64,000 nt of DNA from positions 10,089 to 74,088 of the forward strand of contig JAHZKP010000039.1 in the NCBI GenBank assembly GCA_022600345.1, written 5' to 3'. The notes under the pieces are model-generated. The model did no database searches. It had not been told where the DNA came from and saw only the letters and a list, made by a program, of their open reading frames with translations. A program made the translations under genes and the position numbers. Position 1 is the stretch's first letter; every line of letters starts with the position of its first letter. The stretch comes from Alphaproteobacteria bacterium. Its GTDB lineage: Bacteria; Pseudomonadota; Alphaproteobacteria; Rhizobiales; Hyphomicrobiaceae. This document shows positions 20,317-30,047 of the stretch, piece after piece.

Positions 20317-21786
20317 ATGGCTATTACCGCAACCTCCAGCGACACAATATTTGCGCTGTCCAGTGCTCCGGGCCGGTCAGGAGTCGCGGTTGTGCGGGTG
20401 TCGGGCCGGGCTGCGGGAATGGCGGTCAAAGCGGTTTGTGGCGCATTACCCCGACCAAGGGTCGCCTCGTTGCGCCGACTGTTAAATCCGCGAGATGGCC
20501 AGATGATCGATCGCGGCCTGGTGTTGTGGTTTCCCGGGCCGGGGAGCTTTACCGGCGAGGACCTGGCGGAATTGCAAATTCACGGCGGGCGGGCGGTGGT
20601 TGCGGCGTTGCTTGATGCTCTTTCCAGGATCGAAGGCTGCCGGATGGCGGAGCCAGGTGAATTTGCCATGCGGGCTTTTCACAATGGCCGCATTGATTTC
20701 ACAGAAGCCGAAGGTCTTGCCGACCTGATCGATGCGGAGACGGAAGCCCAGCGCGTCCAGGCCTTGCGGCAGGCAGAGGGATCGTTCTCGCAGGTGACGG
20801 AGCGGTGGCGGTCTGAGTTGGTCGAGGCGATGAGCCTGGTTGAGGCAGCAATCGACTTTTCCGATGAGGGGGATGTCTCGGATTCGGCGGTGGCGCTGGC
20901 TGAAGAGCAGGTGAGGAGGCTTTACGACGAGATCGGGCAACATCTGCAGGATGGTCATCGCGGTGAGATCCTGCGCGAAGGGTTTCAGGTGGTGCTGACG
21001 GGTGCGCCGAATGTCGGCAAGTCGAGCCTGTTGAATGCTCTGGCCAGGAGGGATGTGGCAATCGTTTCATCTGAAGCCGGGACGACGCGGGACATCATCG
21101 AGGTGCGTCTTGATCTGGAGGGGTTGCCCGTTGTGGTGTCAGATACGGCGGGGTTGCGAGAGGCTGAAGGAGAAGTTGAACAGGAAGGCATCCGCCGGAC
21201 GATGGCGCGAACCGACCGGGCGGATCTGGTGGTTTGGGTGCTGGACGGGGCGGCGGGCCATGACGAAGCTGCACCAGTGGAGATGACCGGAGTTGCGCTT
21301 GTCGTGGTCAACAAGTGCGATCTGTTGGGCAATACGCAAAGTCGTCATCCCGGCGGAGGCCAGGATCCAGACACGCTGGAACGAAACACGCCACGTCCCG
21401 ATGTCGTGCATGCCACTGAGGTTTGCTTGGGTTCCCGCCTTCGATTTCGCGCGTCTTCGACACGACGCAGGAATGACGTTGATTTGCCAATTGAGGTTTC
21501 GGCCAAAACCGGCGAAGGGCTGAGTGAGTTGACCGCGCGGATTGCTGGGATCGCGAGGGAACGAATTGGCGGTGGCGAGGACGGCGTCATTACCCAGGCG
21601 CGTCATCGCGGGCATCTGGAAACGTGTCAGCGCCATCTGGAAGCCTTCATCGATACGGTGATTGAAGTAGAGCTTCGGGCTGAAGAGTTGAGGCTGGCTG
21701 CAGATGCGTTGGGACGAATATCGGGACGGGTCGATCCGGAGGACGTGTTGGATCAAGTCTTCGGGCGCTTCTGTATCGGTAAGTAG
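20317..21786 (+). CDS. mnmE: tRNA modification GTPase MnmE with an in-frame palindromic insertion
   Basis: DTIFALSSAPGRSGVAVVRVSG, GAPNVGKSS, GTTRD, DTAG, NKCD, SAK and FCIGK motifs; about 45 extra residues between NKCD and SAK. Confidence 0.96.
   Translation: MAITATSSDTIFALSSAPGRSGVAVVRVSGRAAGMAVKAVCGALPRPRVASLRRLLNPRDGQMIDRGLVLWFPGPGSFTGEDLAELQIHGGRAVVAALLDALSRIEGCRMAEPGEFAMRAFHNGRIDFTEAEGLADLIDAETEAQRVQALRQAEGSFSQVTERWRSELVEAMSLVEAAIDFSDEGDVSDSAVALAEEQVRRLYDEIGQHLQDGHRGEILREGFQVVLTGAPNVGKSSLLNALARRDVAIVSSEAGTTRDIIEVRLDLEGLPVVVSDTAGLREAEGEVEQEGIRRTMARTDRADLVVWVLDGAAGHDEAAPVEMTGVALVVVNKCDLLGNTQSRHPGGGQDPDTLERNTPRPDVVHATEVCLGSRLRFRASSTRRRNDVDLPIEVSAKTGEGLSELTARIAGIARERIGGGEDGVITQARHRGHLETCQRHLEAFIDTVIEVELRAEELRLAADALGRISGRVDPEDVLDQVFGRFCIGK
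21343..21478. mobile_element. RPE-like palindromic miniature element inserted in frame in mnmE
   Basis: Left end CGTCATCCCGGCGGAGGCCAGGATCCA; right end TGGGTTCCCGCCTTC...CGCAGGAATGACG. The ends are inverted complements (11/13 at the termini) and match the GTCATTCC..GCGAAGGCGGGAACCCA class of palindromic MITEs. Confidence 0.8.
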
Positions 21787-22091
21787 TAGTGTTCTGCGTG
21801 GATCGATATACCAGTGTTCCGACCCTGACAGTTGGTTCCCGACCGTCAGCCCAGAACACCAGTAGGAGCACCAACCCGTCTGCATGCCTAAGAAAATGCG
21901 ATAGCATTTGTCCGGGGTCCCCAAGCTGTGCAGCAGGTAGGTGCTGATCCTTCAGAACTGCAAGATCCCGGATAGCTCATTTGCTTTGCTGCATAAGCTT
22001 CCGGGAACGCAGAGGGATTGGAGTAGTGAAGAACTCTCCCGGCAAGTTTTGAGCCCCAGAGTTCTACTTGTATTCGTTCGGTTTGAGCCAA

Positions 22092-22107
22092 TGTTTCACG
22101 TGAATCA
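22092..22107. promoter_or_regulatory. parS site
   Basis: TGTTTCACGTGAATCA, one mismatch to consensus. Confidence 0.88.
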
Positions 22108-22156
22108 ATTAGAGGAACATAGCTTTCAGCGCTTTGGGACTTTGCGGCCACTTGAA

Positions 22157-22172
22157 TGTTTCACGTGAATCA
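22157..22172. promoter_or_regulatory. parS site
   Basis: TGTTTCACGTGAATCA, second identical copy 65 bp downstream. Confidence 0.88.
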
Positions 22173-22301
22173 TTGGTCAAGGATGCGGCGCGGTTTTCAT
22201 TGTGGAAAGAGGTTGACGGCCGCCACGTGGCGTGCGGGGTGAGATTGGAAGCGTGGATTGGGCAGCCTTGTGCGAACGGCGATGAGTGGTAAGACGGTTC
22301 G

Positions 22302-24170
22302 ATGAAATACGCATTCGACGTCATTGTTGTGGGAGGCGGGCACGCAGGCGTAGAGGCTGCTGCGGCGGCAGCCCGCATGGGCGCTGCAACAGCGCTGGTC
22401 ACGCATCGCTTCGATACCATCGGTGAGATGTCGTGCAATCCGGCTATTGGCGGGCTTGGCAAAGGGCATCTGGTTCGTGAAATCGATGCGCTTGATGGAT
22501 TGATGGGCCGGGTGGCCGATGTGGCGGGAATTCAGTTCCGGCTGCTGAACCGCTCGAAGGGTCCGGCTGTGCAAGGGCCGCGTTCGCAGGCTGACCGGAA
22601 GCTTTACCGGGAAGCGATGCAGGCTGAGATCCGGGTACAGGACAACCTGGTCGTTGTCGAGGGTGGGGTCGAAGACCTTGTGGTTGAGAATGGCCGGGTG
22701 GTTGGTGTCACGACCGGGGATGGCCGTGAGCTACGTTCTGGCGCGGTGGTGCTGACGACGGGCACGTTCCTCAACGGCCTCATTCACATGGGTGACAAGC
22801 GTATTCCGGCCGGCCGGGCAGGAGAGGCTCCGGCGCTGAAGATCTCCGAGCGGCTTTATGGTCTGGGACTTCCCATGGGGCGGCTGAAGACGGGGACACC
22901 GGCTCGTTTGGTTTCGTCCTTGATTGACTGGGCGAGCCTTGAGATGCAGGCCGCCGACGATCCGCCTGTGCCGTTCTCGTTCCTGACCGACAAGATCACG
23001 ACGCCGCAGATTTCGTGCGGCATCACAAAGACGACGGCTGAAACACATGACATCATTCGGGAGAACCTATCGCGGGCACCGATGTATTCGGGCGCGATCC
23101 AGAGCGTTGGTCCGCGCTATTGTCCGTCGATCGAGGACAAGGTCGTCAGGTTCGCAGACCGGGACTCGCACCAGGTGTTCCTGGAGCCGGAGGGACTCGA
23201 CGATGAGTTGGTCTATCCCAACGGGGTGTCGACCTCGCTGCCTGCCGATGTGCAGGAGGCTTTCCTGAAGACGATGCCGGGTCTGGGAAATGTTGAGATC
23301 CGCCGTCCGGGCTATGCGATTGAATACGACTATGTCGATCCGCGTGCGCTTCATCCAACGCTGGAAGTAAAGTCGCTGCGGGGGCTGTTTCTTGCCGGGC
23401 AGATCAATGGCACGACGGGATATGAGGAAGCCGGCGCGCAAGGATTGCTGGCGGGTCTTAACGCGGCGCTTGAAGCAAGCGGCGGCGAGCGAGACGTTAT
23501 CGTCTCAAGGGCGGATGGATATCTGGGCGTGATGATCGACGACCTGGTGACGCGCGGTGTCTCAGAGCCATACCGGATGTTTACTTCGCGTGCCGAGTTC
23601 CGCTTGAAGCTGCGGGCGGACAACGCCGACCAGCGGTTGACGCCGGTCGGCTTGGCGGCTGGTTGCGTTGGATCGCGCCGGGCCCAGGCGTTTGCTGCCA
23701 AGACCGAAGCACTTTGCGAGGGGCGGGCGCTGCTGGAAGGCCTGAAGCTGACACCCAATGAAGCTGAACGCCACGGTATCAAGCTGAACAAGGACGGCCG
23801 GCGCAGGTCGGCGTTCGACTTGTTGTCGCTGGCGGAAATTTCGCTCGATCAGTTGAAGCCGATTTGGCCGGAGCTTTCCGGGCTTGATACGGCCATTGCC
23901 AATCAGCTTGCGGTTGACGCGCGGTATTCGGCGTACGTCAGGCGGCAGGATGAGGATGTTGCGGCGATGAGGCGTGATGCGGAGGTTCGCATTCCCGCGG
24001 ACTTCGAATACTCAGGTATCGCTGGGCTGTCGAATGAGATCCGGCAAAAACTGGAAGCAGGCCGCCCGGTGTCATTGGCCCAGGCTCAAAGGATCGATGG
24101 GATGACGCCGGCCGCCTTGATGTTGCTTGCCGCGCATCTAAAGAAGCATCGGCGACGGGCGTCGGCTTAG
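22302..24170 (+). CDS. mnmG: tRNA uridine-5-carboxymethylaminomethyl modification enzyme MnmG
   Basis: [30 protein letters not shown] and [12 protein letters not shown] motifs. Confidence 0.97.
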   Translation: MKYAFDVIVVGGGHAGVEAAAAAARMGAATALVTHRFDTIGEMSCNPAIGGLGKGHLVREIDALDGLMGRVADVAGIQFRLLNRSKGPAVQGPRSQADRKLYREAMQAEIRVQDNLVVVEGGVEDLVVENGRVVGVTTGDGRELRSGAVVLTTGTFLNGLIHMGDKRIPAGRAGEAPALKISERLYGLGLPMGRLKTGTPARLVSSLIDWASLEMQAADDPPVPFSFLTDKITTPQISCGITKTTAETHDIIRENLSRAPMYSGAIQSVGPRYCPSIEDKVVRFADRDSHQVFLEPEGLDDELVYPNGVSTSLPADVQEAFLKTMPGLGNVEIRRPGYAIEYDYVDPRALHPTLEVKSLRGLFLAGQINGTTGYEEAGAQGLLAGLNAALEASGGERDVIVSRADGYLGVMIDDLVTRGVSEPYRMFTSRAEFRLKLRADNADQRLTPVGLAAGCVGSRRAQAFAAKTEALCEGRALLEGLKLTPNEAERHGIKLNKDGRRRSAFDLLSLAEISLDQLKPIWPELSGLDTAIANQLAVDARYSAYVRRQDEDVAAMRRDAEVRIPADFEYSGIAGLSNEIRQKLEAGRPVSLAQAQRIDGMTPAALMLLAAHLKKHRRRASA

Positions 24171-24197
24171 TCTGCGACCAAAAAGCTAAGCAGTGAT

Positions 24198-24878
24198 ATG
24201 GCTTCATCTAGAATATCCGGACCGAAAGACTTTCAGGCTCAATTCGGCGTATCGGATGAGACGATTGACCGGCTGGTCATCTATGAAGAGCAGCTTCGGC
24301 TTTGGCAGCGGAAAATCAATCTTGTTGCGCCGAGCACGATGGATGACATCTGGCATCGGCATTTTGCCGATAGTGCGCAGTTGTTCGACCTGGCGCCGAA
24401 GAGCGCGCGCCGGTGGGTGGATCTGGGATCTGGGGCGGGGTTTCCGGGCCTGGTTTTGGCCATTTTGCGGGCCGGACGTGGCGGAGATGGAGACCTGGAA
24501 CCCCATGTCCTGATCGAAAGCGATACCCGAAAAGCAGCTTTCCTTGGGGAAATCGCCCGAAAAGTGTCTCTGCCTGTGGACATCGCAGCAAAGCGAATCG
24601 AGTTATCGTCGACTCAGGGTAGATACAAATCTGTAGATGTTGTCAGCGCGCGGGCGTTAGCGCCGCTTGATCGATTGATCGGGTTGGCCGAGCCGTTCTT
24701 TGGCCCTGACACGGTTGGTTTGTTTTTGAAGGGCCGGGAGGTTGACCAAGAGGTCGAGACTGCCCAGGCCAAGTGGCGTTTTTCGTGTTCGCTAGTCGAT
24801 AGCCTCACCGAGGCGCAGTCGCGTATTGCCGTCGTGACCAGTCCAACGGACCTGATTTCGACGCCCGTCGATCCTTAG
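24198..24878 (+). CDS. rsmG: 16S rRNA m7G527 methyltransferase
   Basis: INLVAPST...RHFADS, DLGSGAGFPG and SARALA motifs. Confidence 0.95.
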   Translation: MASSRISGPKDFQAQFGVSDETIDRLVIYEEQLRLWQRKINLVAPSTMDDIWHRHFADSAQLFDLAPKSARRWVDLGSGAGFPGLVLAILRAGRGGDGDLEPHVLIESDTRKAAFLGEIARKVSLPVDIAAKRIELSSTQGRYKSVDVVSARALAPLDRLIGLAEPFFGPDTVGLFLKGREVDQEVETAQAKWRFSCSLVDSLTEAQSRIAVVTSPTDLISTPVDP

Positions 24879-24957
24879 CGCCATGCGGGAGAGCGGGCGT
24901 ATCCGCACTCTCAATCAGGGCCATCGATGAAGGATGAAGCCCGTGACAGGAGCAAAC

Positions 24958-25776
24958 ATGAGTGGCCGCCGTCCCCGTGTTCTTGCAATCGCCAACCAGA
25001 AGGGCGGCGTGGGGAAGACCACAACCGCGATCAACCTATCAACTGCGCTCGTCGCCGTCGGCGAGCGGGTTCTGGTTATCGACCTGGATTCGCAGGGGAA
25101 TGCGTCGACGGGGCTGGGAATAGAGCCGGCAAGCCGCGGGCTGACATCGTATGATGTGATGGCGGGCAAGGCGCGTATGATCGATTGCAAGCTTGGAACT
25201 GCGGTGCCAGGCCTCGATCTCGTTCCAGCCAGCGCCAACCTTGTCGGGCTTGAAGCGGAGATGGCCAACAAGGCCAGCCGTCCATTCCAATTGCGCGATG
25301 CAGTTGGCGATTTCGTCGAGCATTGCAGCGGGATGCCGGACGATGAAGCCTATTCCTATATCCTGATCGATTGCCCACCTTCGGTGAATATCCTGACGCT
25401 CAACGCCATGACGGCGTCGGATGCGGTTCTGGTTCCTGTCCAGTGCGAGTTCTTCGCGCTTGAAGGGATTGCGCAATTCAAGGAAACCATCGAGCAGATC
25501 CAGGCCACCCTGAACCCGGTTCTTGAAATCCAGGGCGTGGTCCTGACGATGCACGATGCGCGCACGTCGCTATCGCGTGAAGTTGCCGAAAACGTTCGCG
25601 AGTTCTTCGGACCGAAGGTCTACAACACTGTTATTCCTAGAAATACGCGGGTTGCCGAGGCCCCCTCCCACGGCAAGCCGCTGCTGCTTTACGATTACGA
25701 TTGTGCCGGTAGCCAGGCCTATATCAGGTTGGCGACGGAGATCATCGAGCGCGAGCAGCAGTATAAGGCGGCCTAA
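24958..25776 (+). CDS. parA: Chromosome partitioning ATPase ParA
   Basis: ANQKGGVGKTTT deviant Walker A, DLDSQGN, DCPPS. Confidence 0.96.
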   Translation: MSGRRPRVLAIANQKGGVGKTTTAINLSTALVAVGERVLVIDLDSQGNASTGLGIEPASRGLTSYDVMAGKARMIDCKLGTAVPGLDLVPASANLVGLEAEMANKASRPFQLRDAVGDFVEHCSGMPDDEAYSYILIDCPPSVNILTLNAMTASDAVLVPVQCEFFALEGIAQFKETIEQIQATLNPVLEIQGVVLTMHDARTSLSREVAENVREFFGPKVYNTVIPRNTRVAEAPSHGKPLLLYDYDCAGSQAYIRLATEIIEREQQYKAA

Positions 25777-25927
25777 CGCCGGCTTTGATAGCGTTGCATT
25801 GGCCTGATCCGTTCGGATCAGGCTATGATTTGATTCGTTGTTGGGTTCGTTTTGTTTTCGTTGGAGTAAAAATCGGGACATCCGGCCGCTCGTTGCCGGA
25901 GTGTGACTTAAAGAGGGTGGAAGCGGC

Positions 25928-26893
25928 ATGACAACGCCGGCGCGGAAGAACAGACTGGGGCGGGGGCTTGCATCGTTGATTGGCGGCAGCGGACCAGACA
26001 ATGTGGAGACATTGCCGATCGCGGCGGGGGCTTCGGGGCCGGTTAGTCAGGAGCCTGGGGACACCGCAAAGGTGACGCCGCTCGTTTCCGCCGATCGGTT
26101 GGACGGTGAGCATAAGCTCATCTCGATCGACAGAATCAAGTCGAGCACGCTCAATCCGCGCCGAGATTTCCAGGATGACGAACTCAAAGAGCTTGCTGAA
26201 TCGATCCGCCAGAAAGGGATTGTGCAGCCGATCTTGGTTCGTCCGGACGCGGTGGCTGGAGGATATTTTGAAATTGTCGCAGGCGAGCGGCGATGGCGGG
26301 CGGCTGGCCAGGTCGGTCTGCACCGGATACCCTGCGTTGTCCGAGAGCTGAGCGACAAGGAAGTCCTGGAGCTGGCGATCATCGAGAACGTTCAGCGCGC
26401 CGACCTCAATTCAATTGAAGAAGCCGGCGGGTACCGCGAATTGATCGAGCGGTTCAATTATTCCCAGGAACAGATTTCGGAGATTATCGGCAAGAGCCGG
26501 AGCCACGTTGCCAATACGTTGCGATTACTGCGGCTGCCTGACAGCGTCCAGGCGCTGGTGCAGATGGGCAAACTGACGGCGGGACATGCGCGTGCTTTAA
26601 TCGGGCGTGAGGATGCCGAGACGCTGGCTGAGCGGATTATTGCCGATGATCTCAACGTTCGAATGGTTGAAGCATTGGTACAGTCGGCCGATGGAGAAGC
26701 CGTTCCCAAGGGGCGCAAGGCGCGCGAAAAGGATGCTGACACCAAGGCTTTCGAAAAAGAGCTGACCGAAGCGCTGGGGTTGAAAATCGAGATCAAGCGC
26801 GGCTCGGGCGAAAGCGGGAACCTGACCATCAAATACGGCAATTTCGATCAGCTTGAATACATTCGAATGCGTCTGACAGGCTCCTACAACTAA
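25928..26893 (+). CDS. parB: Chromosome partitioning protein ParB
   Basis: LGRGLASLI, VAGERRWRA, ENVQRADLN and HTH KSRSHVANTLRLL. Confidence 0.96.
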   Translation: MTTPARKNRLGRGLASLIGGSGPDNVETLPIAAGASGPVSQEPGDTAKVTPLVSADRLDGEHKLISIDRIKSSTLNPRRDFQDDELKELAESIRQKGIVQPILVRPDAVAGGYFEIVAGERRWRAAGQVGLHRIPCVVRELSDKEVLELAIIENVQRADLNSIEEAGGYRELIERFNYSQEQISEIIGKSRSHVANTLRLLRLPDSVQALVQMGKLTAGHARALIGREDAETLAERIIADDLNVRMVEALVQSADGEAVPKGRKAREKDADTKAFEKELTEALGLKIEIKRGSGESGNLTIKYGNFDQLEYIRMRLTGSYN

Positions 26894-27015
26894 GATTGTT
26901 CGCCGGATGACCGGTAGTTTCGTCTACATTCCAGGTGGTTCGGCTTGACGTGCCGGGCCGCGACTGATCGATTGCGGCTTCAAATTCGAGTCGTGCCAGT
27001 TGGATCGAGATTGTG

Positions 27016-27342
27016 ATGTCTGATGCCGTGTTGCTGGGTCTAGCTGCGACCATCCGCGAGAGACGCTCGGCGGGGGCAGACAAGTCCTATACGCGCCAAC
27101 TGCTTGATGCCGGTCCAAGCAAATGCGCCAAGAAGCTTGGCGAGGAGGCGACCGAAACGGTGATCGCTGCCTTGAGCGAGGACGACGATGCATTGAGAGG
27201 CGAGGCGGCCGATCTTCTTTATCACCTGCTGGTCTTGTTGGAATCCCGCCGGATCGACGTTGCAGACGTCTTGAAGGTGTTGGATGCGCGTTCGGGACAA
27301 TCGGGTCTGGAGGAAAAGGCCGCGCGGTCTACCTCGTCATGA
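27016..27342 (+). CDS. hisE: Phosphoribosyl-ATP pyrophosphatase
   Basis: SYTRQLL...AKKLGEEATE...EAADLLYHLLV. Confidence 0.95.
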   Translation: MSDAVLLGLAATIRERRSAGADKSYTRQLLDAGPSKCAKKLGEEATETVIAALSEDDDALRGEAADLLYHLLVLLESRRIDVADVLKVLDARSGQSGLEEKAARSTSS

Positions 27343-27399
27343 CGCCTTCCAGCTTCAAAAGAAGCCTTGTTCAACTCATCCAATCATCAGTATCGCCAT

Positions 27400-28356
27400 A
27401 TGTCGGTCATGCCAGCTAACCTTCAATATTCGCCCTACCGGGTTTTCAGCCGCAATGAGTGGGCCAAGTTGCGCGCGGATACGCCGATGACGCTCGTTCC
27501 CCGGGAGTTGGAGGAGTTATCGGGGACGATTGAAAAGCTGTCGATGGAGGAGGTGGAAACGATCTACCTGCCGTTATCGCGGCTGCTCAACCTGTACGTG
27601 GCGGCGGCTCAGGAGCTTCACGCGGCAACCTCCACGTTTTTAGGACATCGCGATCAGAAGGTCCCCTTTATTCTTGGGGTCGCTGGGTCTGTGGCGATTG
27701 GCAAGAGCACGACGGCACGCGTATTACAGGCCCTGCTGGCGCGGTGGCCCGATCACCCGCGGGTCGATCTCATTACAACGGACGGCTTCCTGTTCCCCAA
27801 TGAGGAACTGGAGCGGCGCGGAATTATGGACCGCAAGGGGTTCCCGGAGAGCTTTGATTCGGCGGCGTTGTTGCGCTTTCTGGTCGATGTGAAATCCGGC
27901 CGGGAGCACGTTCAGGCTCCGTTTTATTCGCACTTTCATTACGACATTCAAAAGGATCGGACCGTCACTGTTGAGCGGCCGGATATCTTAATTGTCGAGG
28001 GATTGAATTTGCTTCAACCAGCGCGGTTGCCGCGCGATGGACGTGCGATACCGTTCGTTTCGGATTTTTTTGATTTTTCCATTTACATGGATGCCGAGGC
28101 TGCATTGATCGAGCATTGGTATGTTGAGCGCTTCATGCGGCTGCGCCAGACGGCTTTTCGCGATCCGGCGGCCTATTTCCATAAATACGCACTTCTGGAC
28201 GATGATGCCGCTGTCGCAAGGGCCCGGCAGATATGGCGGGAAGTCAATCTCAAGAACCTTGAGGAAAACATTCTTCCGACCAAGCAGCGCGCCAGATTGA
28301 TTCTTGGGAAATCAGCCAACCACCAAATTGAGCGTGTAGCACTTCGTAAATTGTAA
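27400..28356 (+). CDS. coaA: Type I pantothenate kinase
   Basis: [19 protein letters not shown]...KGFPES and EGLN motifs. Start 27400 or 27409. Confidence 0.95.
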   Translation: MSVMPANLQYSPYRVFSRNEWAKLRADTPMTLVPRELEELSGTIEKLSMEEVETIYLPLSRLLNLYVAAAQELHAATSTFLGHRDQKVPFILGVAGSVAIGKSTTARVLQALLARWPDHPRVDLITTDGFLFPNEELERRGIMDRKGFPESFDSAALLRFLVDVKSGREHVQAPFYSHFHYDIQKDRTVTVERPDILIVEGLNLLQPARLPRDGRAIPFVSDFFDFSIYMDAEAALIEHWYVERFMRLRQTAFRDPAAYFHKYALLDDDAAVARARQIWREVNLKNLEENILPTKQRARLILGKSANHQIERVALRKL

Positions 28357-28382
28357 CAACAACCTTAATTGTTGTTGTTTTG

Positions 28383-28417
28383 AAAAAGCGGCCGCTTTGG
28401 GGAGCGGCCGCTTTTTT
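28383..28417. terminator. Bidirectional intrinsic terminator
   Basis: AAAAAGCGGCCGCT-ttgggg-AGCGGCCGCTTTTTT between convergent genes. Confidence 0.85.
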
Positions 28418-28472
28418 GTGCATGTAGCTTTGAAGAGAATACGACTGGGAGGATATTGGGAGAGAGTACTGT

Positions 28473-29126
28473 TTATGAGGCGTTTGTTTTCAGAGCGGGT
28501 TGGGGCCCGCTGAAACCAAACAGGGCGTCAGTAAATGAGCATTGACTTTTTAATGCGGTGCGCGCGAGCGGGAACTGCAGGAACTGAGTTGCCAGAACGA
28601 GCTGAAAATTGAATATGGCCGATGCACTGCGTACGCCGGCGGCAACGATACGAACCGCCGAGTCATCGGGTCGAAATTGGCTTGGGAGAAACTGATCAGA
28701 ATTGTCTTTGGTGACGGTGTCTTTGGGTTTTTTGGATGTCTTTCCACTTGCGGGGCGCGTTTTCTTTTTGGTTTTTGATCCGCGTGAAGGCTGCTGGGTC
28801 TTTACAGGCTCGCGATTTGAATTGAGCGCCATTGTCCTGGGTTCAGCCTGGTAGTCGAGCATCTGAGAGGGTGGTGGTGGAAGTTGCCGGTGACGCTGCG
28901 GTCTCTTTGCTGGCTGCAATTCCATCATCAATGTTTCGCGTTCGGCGGCAAACTTGTCCCGCAATCGTCGAATTATCGAAGGATCGCTTATTCCGATTTT
29001 CTTTATTGCGGTGGTTGGCTTCAAGTCCGGGTTCTTGGCGATCATTGCCGCGATTTCCCGGAGGTGACGGCTATCGTCAATTCCTGTCCCCTTTGGACGG
29101 CCTCTACGGGTGGCGAGCGAGCTCAT
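28473..29126 (-). CDS. Hypothetical protein with an AT-hook-like RGRP motif and a putative HTH
   Basis: RRGRPKGTGIDD...KPTTAIKKIGISDPSIIRRLRDKF, followed by a low-complexity basic linker. Confidence 0.7.
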   Translation of the reverse strand: MSSLATRRGRPKGTGIDDSRHLREIAAMIAKNPDLKPTTAIKKIGISDPSIIRRLRDKFAAERETLMMELQPAKRPQRHRQLPPPPSQMLDYQAEPRTMALNSNREPVKTQQPSRGSKTKKKTRPASGKTSKKPKDTVTKDNSDQFLPSQFRPDDSAVRIVAAGVRSASAIFNFQLVLATQFLQFPLARTALKSQCSFTDALFGFSGPQPALKTNAS

Positions 29127-29579
29127 TGAACGTTTATCCTGTGTGAAGAATGCCTTGGATGTTGTTGATATAATGTTTTTTTATTTGGATCGTCCAGGGA
29201 GTTTAATTTGATCTGTAAAATTATCGCAGTTGGTAGCTACAATTGTTGCCGTAATGCATCCTGTTTCGATACTGGTGTTGTGCCATATATCAATTCGGGT
29301 GGTTTTCTTCGGTCATCGTTTGGAAATGTCGCATGAAACTAGCGCCAATCAAGATGTTTGGCCGTTCATGATTCTGTTGGTCCGAATTCACAAGTACACC
29401 CGTCAACTTTGGAGTGGTTTCTCGGTTGGAGGTTTTGGGGATTCCAAATGGGTGCGTGGCGAAAGAAAGGTTTGTGTTGCAATTCGAATTTTCGGGCAGA
29501 AGACCGTCCAAGGGAAGCCTGCGGGGAATCAGACTTGCAATCCGATTGTTTGGATTATTTAGGGGATCTTGATAACGCA

Positions 29580-30014
29580 ATGCCGGTCGGTGAGACGATT
29601 GGAGGTCATAGTTGTGACGGTCTATATGCGGTGACCTATTATATAATGGGTCAGGAGCTAGAGACCACGGGGGAAGCACTGGCGGTGGTAAGAGGGGACG
29701 AGATTATTGGCTCGGACCCGTGGGGTGGCGTGTTTGAGGGGCGGATTGCGGCTGGGGGAGATGCTGGCGAAATGTCTCTACGGGTGGGATTTAAATTGCC
29801 GCCTGGCGGGTGTCTCGTCACCGGACTGAGTGCGGGTGACGGCGGAGCGATTGTGGAGATCACAGGTGAATCCCACGCCGGCGGTTTCAAGTCGGTTCAG
29901 GCGATAGATGTCGGGGGTTCTCGCGTGGATGTGCAATTGCGGTATATTGGGGAGCTGCCGTTAAAAAAGGACCGGTTGAGACAGAAGAAGCCGGCGGGTT
30001 ATAAGAGCCGGTAA
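29580..30014 (+). CDS. Hypothetical beta-rich protein, possibly GrlR-like
   Basis: DGLYAVTY...GEALAVVRGDEIIGSD..GGVFEGRI pattern resembles GrlR-like beta-barrels; the stop abuts the rimM ORF. Confidence 0.5.
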   Translation: MPVGETIGGHSCDGLYAVTYYIMGQELETTGEALAVVRGDEIIGSDPWGGVFEGRIAAGGDAGEMSLRVGFKLPPGGCLVTGLSAGDGGAIVEITGESHAGGFKSVQAIDVGGSRVDVQLRYIGELPLKKDRLRQKKPAGYKSR

Positions 30015-30047
30015 TTGGACAAGGTATTAAAAGCGGAAAAGACAAAC

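Noticed and set aside
21787-22301. Possible small gene or ncRNA in the long mnmE-mnmG gap
   Set aside because: The short ORFs lack RBS and motifs; the gap is explained by two parS sites and a promoter. No structured RNA family was recognised, though an Rfam scan was not possible.
29127-29579. Overlapping short ORFs in an AT-rich gap; CtrA boxes
   Set aside because: Mutually overlapping ORFs without motifs; no clean TTAA-N7-TTAA was found. Interpreted as a divergent promoter region.
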